A stretch of DNA of 64,000 nt from Eubacteriales bacterium (GCA_045580165.1 JAZNNG010000081.1:9979-73978); one strand, 5' to 3'; shown: positions 27,468 to 36,421, counted from the stretch's first letter. Notes: generated by a model from the letters alone, not told the origin. Made by a program: numbers and translations.

Positions 27468-27965
27468 ATGGCAATATTTGACTATGACCGCGAGTCTGCG
27501 GTGGACTACGCGCTCACCTGGGCTTTCAGAAGAAATCCTGCATATTACGATTTTTCCGAAATAGGCGGAGACTGCACGAACTTCGCATCACAATGCGTTT
27601 ATGCAGGCGCGGGTGTGATGAACTACACGCCGGAGCTCGGGTGGTACTATATAAGCGTTAACGACCGTTCGCCATCCTGGACGGGCGCGTCGTTTTTCTA
27701 TAACTTCATGACGACGAATGCGGGCACGGGTCCGTTTGGCGAGGAAGCACCCCTCGACAGTCTTCTGCCGGGTGATATCATTCAGTTATCCAACGAGCGC
27801 GGCGAATACTACCACACTCTCGTATTGACCGGTATCAGCCGCGGTCGCTTCAGAAGCAGGTACTTCGTTACCGCCCACTCAAGAGACGTATATCAGCGCA
27901 ATTTAAGCAACTACAATTACAGCGGACTGCGCGGCATTCACATTTTGGGTGTCCGCGACGAATAA
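27468..27965 (+). CDS. putative amidase-domain protein (papain-like Cys/His fold), cytoplasmic
   Basis: AVDYALTWAFRRNPAYYDF..GGDCTNFASQCVYAG...YYHTLVLTG resembles the 'putative amidase domain' family. No signal peptide. Confidence 0.55.
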   Translation: MAIFDYDRESAVDYALTWAFRRNPAYYDFSEIGGDCTNFASQCVYAGAGVMNYTPELGWYYISVNDRSPSWTGASFFYNFMTTNAGTGPFGEEAPLDSLLPGDIIQLSNERGEYYHTLVLTGISRGRFRSRYFVTAHSRDVYQRNLSNYNYSGLRGIHILGVRDE

Positions 27966-27967
27966 GC

Positions 27968-29206
27968 TCAAAAGAGATCCCCGTACAGATATAGCGAGCC
28001 GCAGATGACCGTAAGCTCTCCGCGCGCTTCTGCAAGCTTTATCGCTTCTTTGAGGCTTGGAGCTGATTCTCCGTTTATTTTGCACTTCTCCCTTGCATAG
28101 TCGCAAAGGGCATCAGACTTCATGGCGCGAGGATTATCGGAAACGGTCGTGAAGATAAAGCTTCTTCCCTCTCCCGACAAAAGCTCAAGCGAGGTTTTTA
28201 TATCCTTATCTGCCATACAGGCAAATATTACGGTTATTTTTTTGTCACTGAAATAGCGGTCAAGCGAGCTGTTCAGCGCTCTTATTCCGTCGGGGTTATG
28301 ACCGCCGTCAAAAATAAGATTTTCAGAAAGCCTTTCAAAGCGCGCGCGGTGTACCGCCGTTTCAAGTCCCGTCTTTATAGCCTCACTACTTACACCGAGA
28401 GCCTTCATTGTTTCAGCGGCAACCGCTGCGTTTGTAAGCTGATAAGTACCACCAAGTGAAAGGCGGACGTTTTTAATATCGCCAATAGTCACGTTTTCAT
28501 AAATTCCGTCAAAGCCTTGCGGCGCGGGCGTATTGGCAAATATCACCTTGTGACCGTACTTTTTTGCAGTATCTTCAATAACCTCGCGCGCATCGGGTGA
28601 CTGCTCCGAGCTGACAACGGTTCCCGTCGATATTTCGGGCTTGATTATTCCGCATTTTGCTTTTGCTATTTCACGAATACTGTTTCCGAGATATGCGGTG
28701 TGGTCAACGTCAATATGGCATATTACTGCAATTTCGGGGGAACTTATAATATTGGTGGCGTCAAATTCACCGCCGAGTCCCACCTCAAGAACTACTATAT
28801 CACACTTTCTTTCCGCAAAATAATAAAGCGCCGCCGCAGTCCATATCTCAAACTGAGTAGGCTCTTCACCGATTCTTGCTTTTACCTTTTCGACGGCGCA
28901 ATTTACGGTATCAAGAACCCGTTCAAGCTCAGAGTCGCTTATCTCCTCGCGGTCAACAACAATGCGCTCGTTTACTCTGACGAGGTTGGGTGACGTGAAC
29001 TTTCCCACTCTCCTGCCATCAGCGACAAGTCCTGCCTCTACAAACGCGCAGACCGAGCCCTTGCCGTTGGTGCCTGCAATATGGACAAACTTTAGCTTGT
29101 CCTCGGGATTTCCGACAAGCTCAAGGAGCATACCTATTCTTTCAAGTCCGAGCCTTACCACGTTTGAAAAGCCCCTTGAATACTCTTTGGTCTTATACTC
29201 TTTCAT
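27968..29206 (-). CDS. folC: bifunctional folylpolyglutamate synthase / dihydrofolate synthase
   Basis: HIAGTNGKGS P-loop and Mur-ligase family layout. Start taken at ATG 29206; the ORF-track start at 29221 is a TTG overlapping the folT stop. Confidence 0.82.
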   Translation of the reverse strand: MKEYKTKEYSRGFSNVVRLGLERIGMLLELVGNPEDKLKFVHIAGTNGKGSVCAFVEAGLVADGRRVGKFTSPNLVRVNERIVVDREEISDSELERVLDTVNCAVEKVKARIGEEPTQFEIWTAAALYYFAERKCDIVVLEVGLGGEFDATNIISSPEIAVICHIDVDHTAYLGNSIREIAKAKCGIIKPEISTGTVVSSEQSPDAREVIEDTAKKYGHKVIFANTPAPQGFDGIYENVTIGDIKNVRLSLGGTYQLTNAAVAAETMKALGVSSEAIKTGLETAVHRARFERLSENLIFDGGHNPDGIRALNSSLDRYFSDKKITVIFACMADKDIKTSLELLSGEGRSFIFTTVSDNPRAMKSDALCDYAREKCKINGESAPSLKEAIKLAEARGELTVICGSLYLYGDLF

Positions 29207-29217
29207 AAGTCTATGCC

Positions 29218-29751
29218 TCAATGAGAAACAGTTTTTTCAAGCTTCGGGAGCAGGTATCTGCATACCGGCACGAGAACAAATATCTTTATCGGAATCTCAA
29301 CAAGCTTTACGATCACCTGTTGAAGCGACATAATCTCAAACGCCTTCGGTGTCCCGAGAACAAAGTTATAGTAAATATAAAGCCATATCGGTGTCAGCGG
29401 AATAGCAACTATCACGGTCTGCAACACCACCGATAAAACCACGTTCTTGACACTGCGCTCCTTCTTATAAAGGAAAAACGCATAAAACAATGCGTAAAGC
29501 ACCGCGTTTATTGTAAAAAGCGGCGAATACACGTTCGTGCCCGCGATAACAACGCCGAGAAAATCCGAAATGAACGCGCAAAGCGCACCGTACACGGGAC
29601 CGCACACAGCCGAGGTCACCGCTATCGGCACAAAGCCAAGGCTCGTCTGCACAAACTGCGTCTGAATACCGACGTAGCGCGACAAAACAATCTGCATCGC
29701 TATCATAACCGCGCAAAGCACGGTTTTTCTTAAATGACTGCTCTTTTGCAT
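29218..29751 (-). CDS. folT: folate-family ECF transporter S component
   Basis: 177-aa, 6-TM protein immediately downstream of a THF riboswitch and upstream of folC. Confidence 0.75.
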   Translation of the reverse strand: MQKSSHLRKTVLCAVMIAMQIVLSRYVGIQTQFVQTSLGFVPIAVTSAVCGPVYGALCAFISDFLGVVIAGTNVYSPLFTINAVLYALFYAFFLYKKERSVKNVVLSVVLQTVIVAIPLTPIWLYIYYNFVLGTPKAFEIMSLQQVIVKLVEIPIKIFVLVPVCRYLLPKLEKTVSH

Positions 29752-29814
29752 AAAAAAATCCTCCTATATAACAGTTTTACCGTTTACATACAGGAGAATA
29801 CTATCCGATATGTT

Positions 29815-29910
29815 CAGCGGGATGCGGACAGGCTACCGCAACGCTTTACGTTTTCGTCACGCGGGCAACTCCCCGTCCCGTGTGCACTTAACGCAGTCTG
29901 TCCTACTCTG
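29815..29910 (-). promoter_or_regulatory. THF (tetrahydrofolate) riboswitch aptamer, folT motif
   Basis: Minus-strand RNA CAGAGUAGGACAGACUGCGUUAAGUGCACACGGGACGGGGAGUUGCCCGCGUGACGAAAACGUAAAGCGUUGCGGUAGCCUGUCCGCAUCCCGCUG. It shares GAGUAG, GCGUUAAGUG, ACGAA, GCGG and UCCGC blocks and the P1 (CAGAG/CGCUG) and P2 (GGACAG/CUGUCC) pairings with the crystallised E. siraeum THF riboswitch as I recall it. A downstream UUCUCCU (29793-29799) can pair with the AGGAGGA SD. Confidence 0.85.
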
Positions 29911-29928
29911 TTAATTTTTTACGTTAGT

Positions 29929-29956
29929 ATTATAGCACATTTTAGAAAAAAATCAA
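29929..29956 (-). promoter_or_regulatory. sigma-A promoter for the riboswitch-folT-folC transcript
   Basis: On the minus strand: TTGATT, 16-nt spacer, TGCTATAAT (extended -10), about 20 nt upstream of the aptamer. Confidence 0.55.
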
Positions 29957-30121
29957 TAGTTTATGCCAAATTACGCGACTTTTTTTGTAAGTCCCCGTCT
30001 GTCTTTTTCCAAAACGAGTTTGAAGTATTTGTCTTTCATAAATCCCATCTTACTGCAAAGACTATAACTTGCGGCGAGTAGTCGGCGAAGCTCTGCCGCG
30101 AAAATTCATTCGTCGGGGAAA

Positions 30122-31162
30122 ATGCAGAATATGACAAATTTGATAAAAAAGCGTTACGCCGCGTTTATAGTAACCCTTGCGATTATTATAACCTCTCCGA
30201 TATTATCTACCAAAGCAAGCGCAAACGTCACAGACGCGGGCGGACAGAAGGTCTATCCCGGCGGTATGCCCTTCGGCGTAAGGTTTTACACAGACGGCGT
30301 AATAGTTTCGGGAGCAGACGAGGTAATGACTGAAAACGGCGCGGTAAGACCTGCTCTTGATGCAGGTATAAAGGTCAAGGATATAATCACCCATATAGAC
30401 GGAAATAAAATAACGTCGGCAGGTGCTCTCTCAAAGGTTATTGCCGACTCACAGGGGAAGCCCGTAACCTTTACCGTAAAACGCGGTGACGAGGTGATGC
30501 ACATCGTGCTTACACCCGTTAAAAGCAAAAGCGACGGAATTTATAAAGCCGGACTGTGGCTAAGAGACAGTACGGCAGGAGTCGGTACGGTCACGTATAT
30601 CGACTGCGAAACGGGGTCTTTCGGCGGTCTCGGACACGGCATATGCGACAGCGACACGGGAAAGCTCCTGCCTCTTTTACGCGGAAGCGTGTCTGCGGTA
30701 CGCATCGGTGGTATAAGAAAAGGTGTGTCGGGTACGCCGGGAGAGCTACGCGGTTATTTTGTAGGTGACAAGATAGGCGCAATAGTAAAAAACACCGACT
30801 GCGGTGTTTTCGGTGTATTAAGTAACGTAAATGCAAATTCGGAGTCAGTACAAATTGCCTCCAAAAACGAGCTTTGCGAGGGTGACGCGGAAATAATATG
30901 CACGCTTGACGAAAACGGTGCCAAGAGGTATAAGATAAGCATATCGGGAATAGACACCTCGGCAACGTCGAGTAAGTGCTTCACGGTCACTGTGACCGAC
31001 CCTGCTCTGCTCGAAAAAACGGGCGGTATAGTACAAGGAATGTCGGGGTCGCCGATCATACAGGATGGGAAGTTAGTTGGGGCTGTGACGCATGTTCTTA
31101 TCAACGATCCGACCAAGGGGTACGGAATTTTTATAGAAAACATGCTTGAAGCAGCGAGATAA
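30122..31162 (+). CDS. spoIVB: SpoIVB peptidase (S55 sporulation signalling serine protease with PDZ domain)
   Basis: N-terminal TM helix, PDZ segment (GIKVKDIITHIDGNKI), GTVTYID..GSFGGLGHGI, and catalytic-Ser motif [20 protein letters not shown]. Confidence 0.88.
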   Translation: MQNMTNLIKKRYAAFIVTLAIIITSPILSTKASANVTDAGGQKVYPGGMPFGVRFYTDGVIVSGADEVMTENGAVRPALDAGIKVKDIITHIDGNKITSAGALSKVIADSQGKPVTFTVKRGDEVMHIVLTPVKSKSDGIYKAGLWLRDSTAGVGTVTYIDCETGSFGGLGHGICDSDTGKLLPLLRGSVSAVRIGGIRKGVSGTPGELRGYFVGDKIGAIVKNTDCGVFGVLSNVNANSESVQIASKNELCEGDAEIICTLDENGAKRYKISISGIDTSATSSKCFTVTVTDPALLEKTGGIVQGMSGSPIIQDGKLVGAVTHVLINDPTKGYGIFIENMLEAAR

Positions 31163-31166
31163 AATG

Positions 31167-31195
31167 AAAGCCGAGGTGGTGAGCCTCGGCTTTTG
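31167..31195. terminator. bidirectional hairpin terminator between spoIVB and the XRE-family gene
   Basis: gccgagg / cctcggc stem extended by A-T pairs, then TTTTG. Confidence 0.65.
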
Positions 31196-31203
31196 TTGTA
31201 GTA

Positions 31204-32337
31204 TTATTTCGATTCGTTTGCAAGTGATTCTGCTTTTCGTAAAATCTCTTGGTATCTTTCTTCCGTTCTTACACAAGCAAATCCATTCCAGTTATTCTGC
31301 ATTTTCATAACTTTCTCCAGATAGTCACACTGATCAGCAAAGGCGTACATATAATTGGAATATTCCTCTTTTCCGTTTGCAAGGCGATAGTTCCATTTAT
31401 TTTTCAGAGCTTTCACACCATGGAACATCCAATCGTGTCCTACATCAAGCGGACTTCCGTCCAGAATGGCTGTCCATTCATCAAAATTGCGATAAGCTTC
31501 TTCTAAACAAGCGTATCCCTCCTCTTTTCTATCAAGACGGAAGAGCTGATCTGCTTTATAAGTAAGCATAATTGCATAAAATCCCTGCCATGCCGGTGGG
31601 ATAATTCCGTTTTCACCGAATGAACACATCAGTTCAATGCGAAAATCTATCCAGGCTATGGACTTGATTGGATCGTGCCAATTCCCACAGTTTGACTGCA
31701 TCAGATGGCAAAAATACTCAAGCTTATTTACACCTTTTCTCAAGATGCACTCATCATACTTTTCCTGTTCAAGCAATCTGTTCTCAAGTATCTCACCCCG
31801 ATAAGTCTTGTAGTCATGCGCGCACATCTTTGACCACTTTTCCCAGTCATCGTCGTTTCCAAGAGTACACATCAATTTGACTGCAGATTCACGGTAAGTT
31901 TGAACGGTACATTCTGATATGATCTTTTCACAAAGCGAACGGAGGAGTGGGAGGTTTTCCTGTCTCTGTTCTTTGTCTGACCAATTGATTATCCAACACA
32001 TTTCATGGGCAATATCATAATTTTTGGGGTATTTCGATGTGTATTCTTTTCCCAATCGGATTCGCGATTCCATATCATCATTGGGCAGTTCTTCACGAAT
32101 CAGTCGGAAAAAATTTTCTATATCTTCTTTTTGTGCGTCGCAATCATATTCGAGAAGTGTATCGATTGTAGTAGAAAATAATCCAGCAAGAATTGGAAGC
32201 TGCGAAATATCGGGCGCCGTCCTGTCACATTCCCATTGTGACACAGCATTGGCGGTAATACCGAGATATTCCGCCAGCTGTTCCTGGGTCATGTCGCGTT
32301 CACGGCGAAGTTTTTTGATAGTTGATCCAATAGACAT
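31204..32337 (-). CDS. XRE-family HTH regulator with a ~310-aa helical C-terminal domain
   Basis: Start at ATG 32337 (GGAGG RBS). IKKLRRERDMTQEQLAEYLGITANAVSQWECDRTAPDISQLPILAGLFSTTIDTLL is a Cro/C1 HTH. The remainder is W/Y/E-rich and predicted helical. Confidence 0.75.
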   Translation of the reverse strand: MSIGSTIKKLRRERDMTQEQLAEYLGITANAVSQWECDRTAPDISQLPILAGLFSTTIDTLLEYDCDAQKEDIENFFRLIREELPNDDMESRIRLGKEYTSKYPKNYDIAHEMCWIINWSDKEQRQENLPLLRSLCEKIISECTVQTYRESAVKLMCTLGNDDDWEKWSKMCAHDYKTYRGEILENRLLEQEKYDECILRKGVNKLEYFCHLMQSNCGNWHDPIKSIAWIDFRIELMCSFGENGIIPPAWQGFYAIMLTYKADQLFRLDRKEEGYACLEEAYRNFDEWTAILDGSPLDVGHDWMFHGVKALKNKWNYRLANGKEEYSNYMYAFADQCDYLEKVMKMQNNWNGFACVRTEERYQEILRKAESLANESK

Positions 32338-32381
32338 TGTATCTACCTCCAAATTATATTCAAAAGCGCTTTTGTGATTCT

Positions 32382-32390
32382 ATTATACCA
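32382..32390 (-). promoter_or_regulatory. extended -10 element (TGGTATAAT) for the 377-aa XRE gene
   Basis: On the minus strand: ATATGGTATAATAGAATC. The same ATGGTATAATAG block recurs at 33390-33398 upstream of the second XRE gene. Confidence 0.45.
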
Positions 32391-32463
32391 TATTTTCTCG
32401 TGATTTCAACACAGTAGATTCACACTTATAACATAGCGATACTTTAGTTTTGGTAGAAAGTGT

Positions 32464-32512
32464 GTTGTCCCTAATTAACATTAACCGTATGTTGATATAT
32501 AATAGGGACAAC
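32464..32512. promoter_or_regulatory. inverted repeat TGTTGTCCCT(N29)AGGGACAACA, candidate operator
   Basis: gttgtccct at 32464-32472 and agggacaac at 32504-32512. A third copy (tgttgtccct) lies at 33467-33476 upstream of the second XRE gene. Confidence 0.4.
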
Positions 32513-32537
32513 ATTTTTTGTTGGTCGAAAAATGAAT

Positions 32538-33344
32538 TTACTTTTTTGAAAGAACATTCGCTAATGCAGTAAGATATTCGTTTTCACCGATTCCCGCTAA
32601 AGCAAGTTCTCTTTGATTCAGAATATTCTGAGCTGTAAGACCATCTTCACTGAGGGTTAAAACGGATTCTCTGAAAATTTGATAGTATAAAACAGCATTG
32701 AGTTTTCTTCGATTCTTCAGATCATCTCCTCGCAAAATATAAGTAAGCATATATTCACAAGTACAACGCGGTGTAGGCATTTGATATGCCAATTTAAGTG
32801 CTTTTTCGGTCATACCAAGATCTACATACATCACAAGAAGAATCTGCTTTGCACAGTCACGCCATCTATCCTCGGTTGACCGAGCGAGAATATCTTCGCA
32901 AAGCGAAATAGCTTCATCAAACAGTTGTGTTTTTTCTGAAACATCGGATATGTTCTTTCCTTTCCACGACAAATCTGCAGCGAGAAGCTGTTCAAAGAAA
33001 AATACGCCCGGAAGTTCCTGCAATGCATTTCTGATCAGTTCAATCCCCTCATCAAGTTGATAATTGGGATCAAGGGGGACATGGTGACGGATTTTGTTAT
33101 ATTCCTTTGTAATTTCATCAATTCTGTTTTGTTTGGCTATTTCGTCAACACCAAGAAGTTCATCTACGGAAATATGGAAATATCCGGCGATTTTAGGAAG
33201 CAGCGTTATGTCAGGATATCCCTCGTTTCGTTCCCATTTTGAAACAGCCTGTGCTGATATTCCGAGAAACAGTGCAAGATCATCTTGGGTGGAATCATTT
33301 TTCTGACGCATTAATTTCAATTTTTTAGACAGTTGTATTTCCAT
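32538..33344 (-). CDS. XRE-family HTH regulator with a ~200-aa helical (TPR-like?) C-terminal domain
   Basis: Start at ATG 33344 (GAGGAG RBS). LKLMRQKNDSTQDDLALFLGISAQAVSKWERNEGYPDITLLPKIAGYFHISVDELLG HTH followed by a helical domain. Size and layout recall RNPP/Rgg-like regulators; this is inference only. Confidence 0.7.
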   Translation of the reverse strand: MEIQLSKKLKLMRQKNDSTQDDLALFLGISAQAVSKWERNEGYPDITLLPKIAGYFHISVDELLGVDEIAKQNRIDEITKEYNKIRHHVPLDPNYQLDEGIELIRNALQELPGVFFFEQLLAADLSWKGKNISDVSEKTQLFDEAISLCEDILARSTEDRWRDCAKQILLVMYVDLGMTEKALKLAYQMPTPRCTCEYMLTYILRGDDLKNRRKLNAVLYYQIFRESVLTLSEDGLTAQNILNQRELALAGIGENEYLTALANVLSKK

Positions 33345-33490
33345 TATTATCACTCCTCATTAAGTTGTTTCGAAGATCTTCATGATACTATTATACCATA
33401 GCATTTATTCTTTTTCCATAACCGCATTGTTGGATATAGGTTTATAAAACAAACTATTGGTTTATTTGTTGTCCCTTCTTGACATCAAAC

Positions 33491-33604
33491 ATGATCGGCA
33501 GTCCCATTATCCGGAACGGCAAGCTTGTCGGCGCGGTGACTCACGTTTTTGTGAATGACCCGTCTCGCGCATACAGGATATTTATTGGCATTTGCGTCAA
33601 CTGA
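33491..33604 (+). pseudogene. orphan remnant of a spoIVB 3' end (37 codons plus stop)
   Basis: Reads [37 protein letters not shown], against the intact gene's [41 protein letters not shown]. No upstream spoIVB-like coding sequence is attached. Confidence 0.7.
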
Positions 33605-33614
33605 TACGATGCGC

Positions 33615-33652
33615 AGGAGATATCATTTTTGCAAAATGATATCTCCTTTTTT
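33615..33652 (+). terminator. strong rho-independent terminator following the spoIVB remnant
   Basis: aggagatatcatttt / aaaatgatatctcct 15-bp stem with a 3-nt loop, then TTTTTT. Confidence 0.8.
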
Positions 33653-33728
33653 ACATTCCGATTTATTGACAACCACTTCCCCTTTATGCTACAATTTTTT
33701 CAAGCATTGATCTACCAAGGAGAACGGT

Positions 33729-35339
33729 ATGAAGTCATTTGATACGTCTGTAAAATTTGAAAACAATACTGAATATCTGTTTGACAAAAAAACACTTTCG
33801 GTAGAGCTTCGTGACACCGTAAGACTTAAAGATAAAATATACCGCGCTATCTATTCTTCCGAAAAGTACTGGCTCGATACCGCTTTTTATCTTAAGGGGC
33901 TCCGCGACGTAACCCTTGACTTCGGCGGCGCTACTCTTTTACTGCTTGACGACTCCATTCAGCCGTTCGTTCTTGACGAATGTGAAAACGTTACCATCAA
34001 AAACGTAACTGTTGAATACAAGCGTTGTCTGATGGACGAGATAGACATTGTTGACATAAAAGACGGTGAGATATGGTTCAAACAGACTGAAAAGCAGAAG
34101 CTCTGTTTCCCGATGAAGGTCGAAAACGGTTGTCTTATCCCCGTAGCTGACGGCAAGGAGTATCCCGATGCATTCAAGGCGCCGCATTTCTTCAATCTCT
34201 ACGATAAGGAAACCAAGGAATCGGTTGCTATGTGCCTTGTTCGTATAGGCAATGACCTGCCCGTTATTCCGAAAGAGCAATTCCCCTTCAAATACTTTGA
34301 GCTTTCTGCCGAGGAGCGCGGTGAATACATTGTTCTTAAAGGAGAGCTTCCTCCGAGCATTCTCTCTGACGTCACCTGCGCGCAGTCCCACTCTGACCGC
34401 GACGTAAGCTCCTGCTTTATCATACGCTCAAAGAACACGCATCTTGAAAATTTCCGCGTTCTCAACGGTGCGGGAATGGGTATTCTCGGTATGTATTCCG
34501 AAAATATTACGCTTGACGGACTCAAATATTTCTGTGACGAAGCCTCGCACGGTATCGCAACAAACGCCGCAGATGCGCTTCATCTCATCTCCTGCTTCGG
34601 TGACGTGGAGATAGTGAACAGTGTATTCGAGGGTATGAAGGACGATGCTATAAATATACACTGCAATTATTATTCCGTCGAGTCGGTGGAAGACGGTGTT
34701 ATACACGCAAAGATCAAGACCGACGTGCAGGCACACGCCGCCGTAAACGCGCGCTATAAGATGTTTGATAAGGATGACAAAATAGCCGTTTACAGAGGAA
34801 GCACCACGCTCGAAAAGAAAGCATTGACCGTTAATAATATTTCGGTAACGGGAGATTTCACCGCCGACATATTCGTTGACGGTGACACGGCCGCGCTTTG
34901 TATGGGCGACACCATCGAAAACCTCTCCATTCAGCCGAACGTTCACATTAAAAACTCCCGTTTCGGAAAAGCAAGGACTCATCTGCGCTTCCAGACACGC
35001 GGTAAGATTCTTATGGAGGACTGCGAGTGCTCTCTGAAGATACTACTCCCCGGTGACAAAAACTATTGGTACGAGGGCAGTCCCGTAAATGACCTGACTA
35101 TCAAGAACTGTAAATTTATCGGCGACAACGCGTTCGTTGAGTCGTATCCCGAGTTTGACTCCTGTCCCGAGTCGCCCTATTATCATTCAGGTATCAAGAT
35201 CATCGGAAACACATTCGACAGTGCAAATCCACTCGTCCTGCGTTATTGCAGAGATATTCTCTTTGAGGGAAATATAAACTCAAGAGGCTTTGCATTTTCA
35301 AACAAATATACAGAATGCGCGGAAATTACCGAAAAATAA
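33729..35339 (+). CDS. right-handed parallel beta-helix repeat protein, cytoplasmic (putative glycoside hydrolase/lyase)
   Basis: AAGGAGA RBS and no signal peptide. Beta-helix-like repeats NAADALHLISCFGDVEIVNSVFEGMKDDAINIH and RSKNTHLENFRVLNGAGMGILG. Confidence 0.55.
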   Translation: MKSFDTSVKFENNTEYLFDKKTLSVELRDTVRLKDKIYRAIYSSEKYWLDTAFYLKGLRDVTLDFGGATLLLLDDSIQPFVLDECENVTIKNVTVEYKRCLMDEIDIVDIKDGEIWFKQTEKQKLCFPMKVENGCLIPVADGKEYPDAFKAPHFFNLYDKETKESVAMCLVRIGNDLPVIPKEQFPFKYFELSAEERGEYIVLKGELPPSILSDVTCAQSHSDRDVSSCFIIRSKNTHLENFRVLNGAGMGILGMYSENITLDGLKYFCDEASHGIATNAADALHLISCFGDVEIVNSVFEGMKDDAINIHCNYYSVESVEDGVIHAKIKTDVQAHAAVNARYKMFDKDDKIAVYRGSTTLEKKALTVNNISVTGDFTADIFVDGDTAALCMGDTIENLSIQPNVHIKNSRFGKARTHLRFQTRGKILMEDCECSLKILLPGDKNYWYEGSPVNDLTIKNCKFIGDNAFVESYPEFDSCPESPYYHSGIKIIGNTFDSANPLVLRYCRDILFEGNINSRGFAFSNKYTECAEITEK

Positions 35340-35350
35340 GCTGCAAGCAA

Positions 35351-35380
35351 AAACGCTCACCGTTAGGGTGAACGTTTTTT
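35351..35380. terminator. bidirectional hairpin terminator
   Basis: aaacgctcacc / ggtgaacgttt (one mismatch), then TTTTTT. Lies between convergent genes. Confidence 0.65.
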
Positions 35381-36297
35381 TATAGATTCCTCTTTTTATA
35401 TTCGGACGGCAAGCATCCCATATTTTTGACAAATGCCGCTATATACGCCGACTGACTTTTGAAGCCTACCGTGTAGGAAACCTCTGACAAAAGTATTTCG
35501 TTTAGCAGAGGCAAGCTTTCAAGCACTCTGCGTTTTGATATATAGTCGGAAACGGATATATTAAAGGTATCCTTAAATCTTCTCGAAATGTGCTCTCTGC
35601 TATAATGAAACTTTTTTGCTATATCCTCGGACGTTGATATCTCAGCGTATTCGGTGTCAATATAATTTTTCACCTGCATCATAATACCCGTCGGCGCAGA
35701 ACGTCCTACAACGTCAATGTCATCTTTATTGAATACCCCGAACAGCTCGGTTATAAGGGCTTTGGCGAGAAGTCCGCCGTACGCGCAGTCTTTTGCAAGT
35801 ATTGAATCGATTTTATCGATAATCCCCTTTATTTCCTCCGAGCAAAGAACTCCGGGATTTAGTGCGTTTGAGTTATTACCGTTCATAAAATCGGTCATTG
35901 GAATTTCTACGTTATTGAGCCTGAAAAACTCCTTTGAAAAATAAAACACGTATCTTTCGTATTTCGACGGTGAAAGCAGGGTTGCGGTATGCATTTGTCC
36001 CGGGCGAAACCATATAACAGAATACGGCCGGGGCTTTACTATATAGTCGTCCGTTATATATTCCACGTTACCGCTTATATACACGATGAGCTCGTAAAAC
36101 TCGTGTACGTGCAGACCCTCGGTAAAGGTTTTCTTAGTGTATTCGTTGGTTCTGTGAGAATAAATGATATTATCGTCTATCACAAAATCTGTCCAACCCG
36201 AGCGATTCACAAAAGCGGTGTACCCCGTTTTTTTATTTTCACCCGTGTATGAATTATTGACATTATGGATTCTTATATAGTGTTCCGCCAAGCTCAT
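35380..36297 (-). CDS. AraC-family transcriptional regulator (cupin N-terminus)
   Basis: C-terminal double HTH with the ending SAYIAAFVKNMGCLPSEYKK. Divergent from the FAD-oxidoreductase gene. Confidence 0.8.
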   Translation of the reverse strand: MSLAEHYIRIHNVNNSYTGENKKTGYTAFVNRSGWTDFVIDDNIIYSHRTNEYTKKTFTEGLHVHEFYELIVYISGNVEYITDDYIVKPRPYSVIWFRPGQMHTATLLSPSKYERYVFYFSKEFFRLNNVEIPMTDFMNGNNSNALNPGVLCSEEIKGIIDKIDSILAKDCAYGGLLAKALITELFGVFNKDDIDVVGRSAPTGIMMQVKNYIDTEYAEISTSEDIAKKFHYSREHISRRFKDTFNISVSDYISKRRVLESLPLLNEILLSEVSYTVGFKSQSAYIAAFVKNMGCLPSEYKKRNL

Positions 36298-36421
36298 ATA
36301 AACCCTCTTGTTATATCACAAATTGCAAAATTATTATCACATTTTCTGTATCATTTGCCAAACCGTGATGTTACAATTATTATACACTATAAATCAGATT
36401 TGTCAATACAGGAGGCAAAAT

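Noticed and set aside
32353-32537. 42-codon minus-strand ORF (MLSLLYINIRLMLIRDNTLSTKTKVSLCYKCESTVLKSRENMV) between the two XRE genes, considered as a cognate signalling pro-peptide
   Set aside because: It has no RBS, no signal-peptide-like N-terminus or recognisable mature-peptide motif. It overlaps the inverted repeat and the promoter of the downstream gene, so it is most likely fortuitous.
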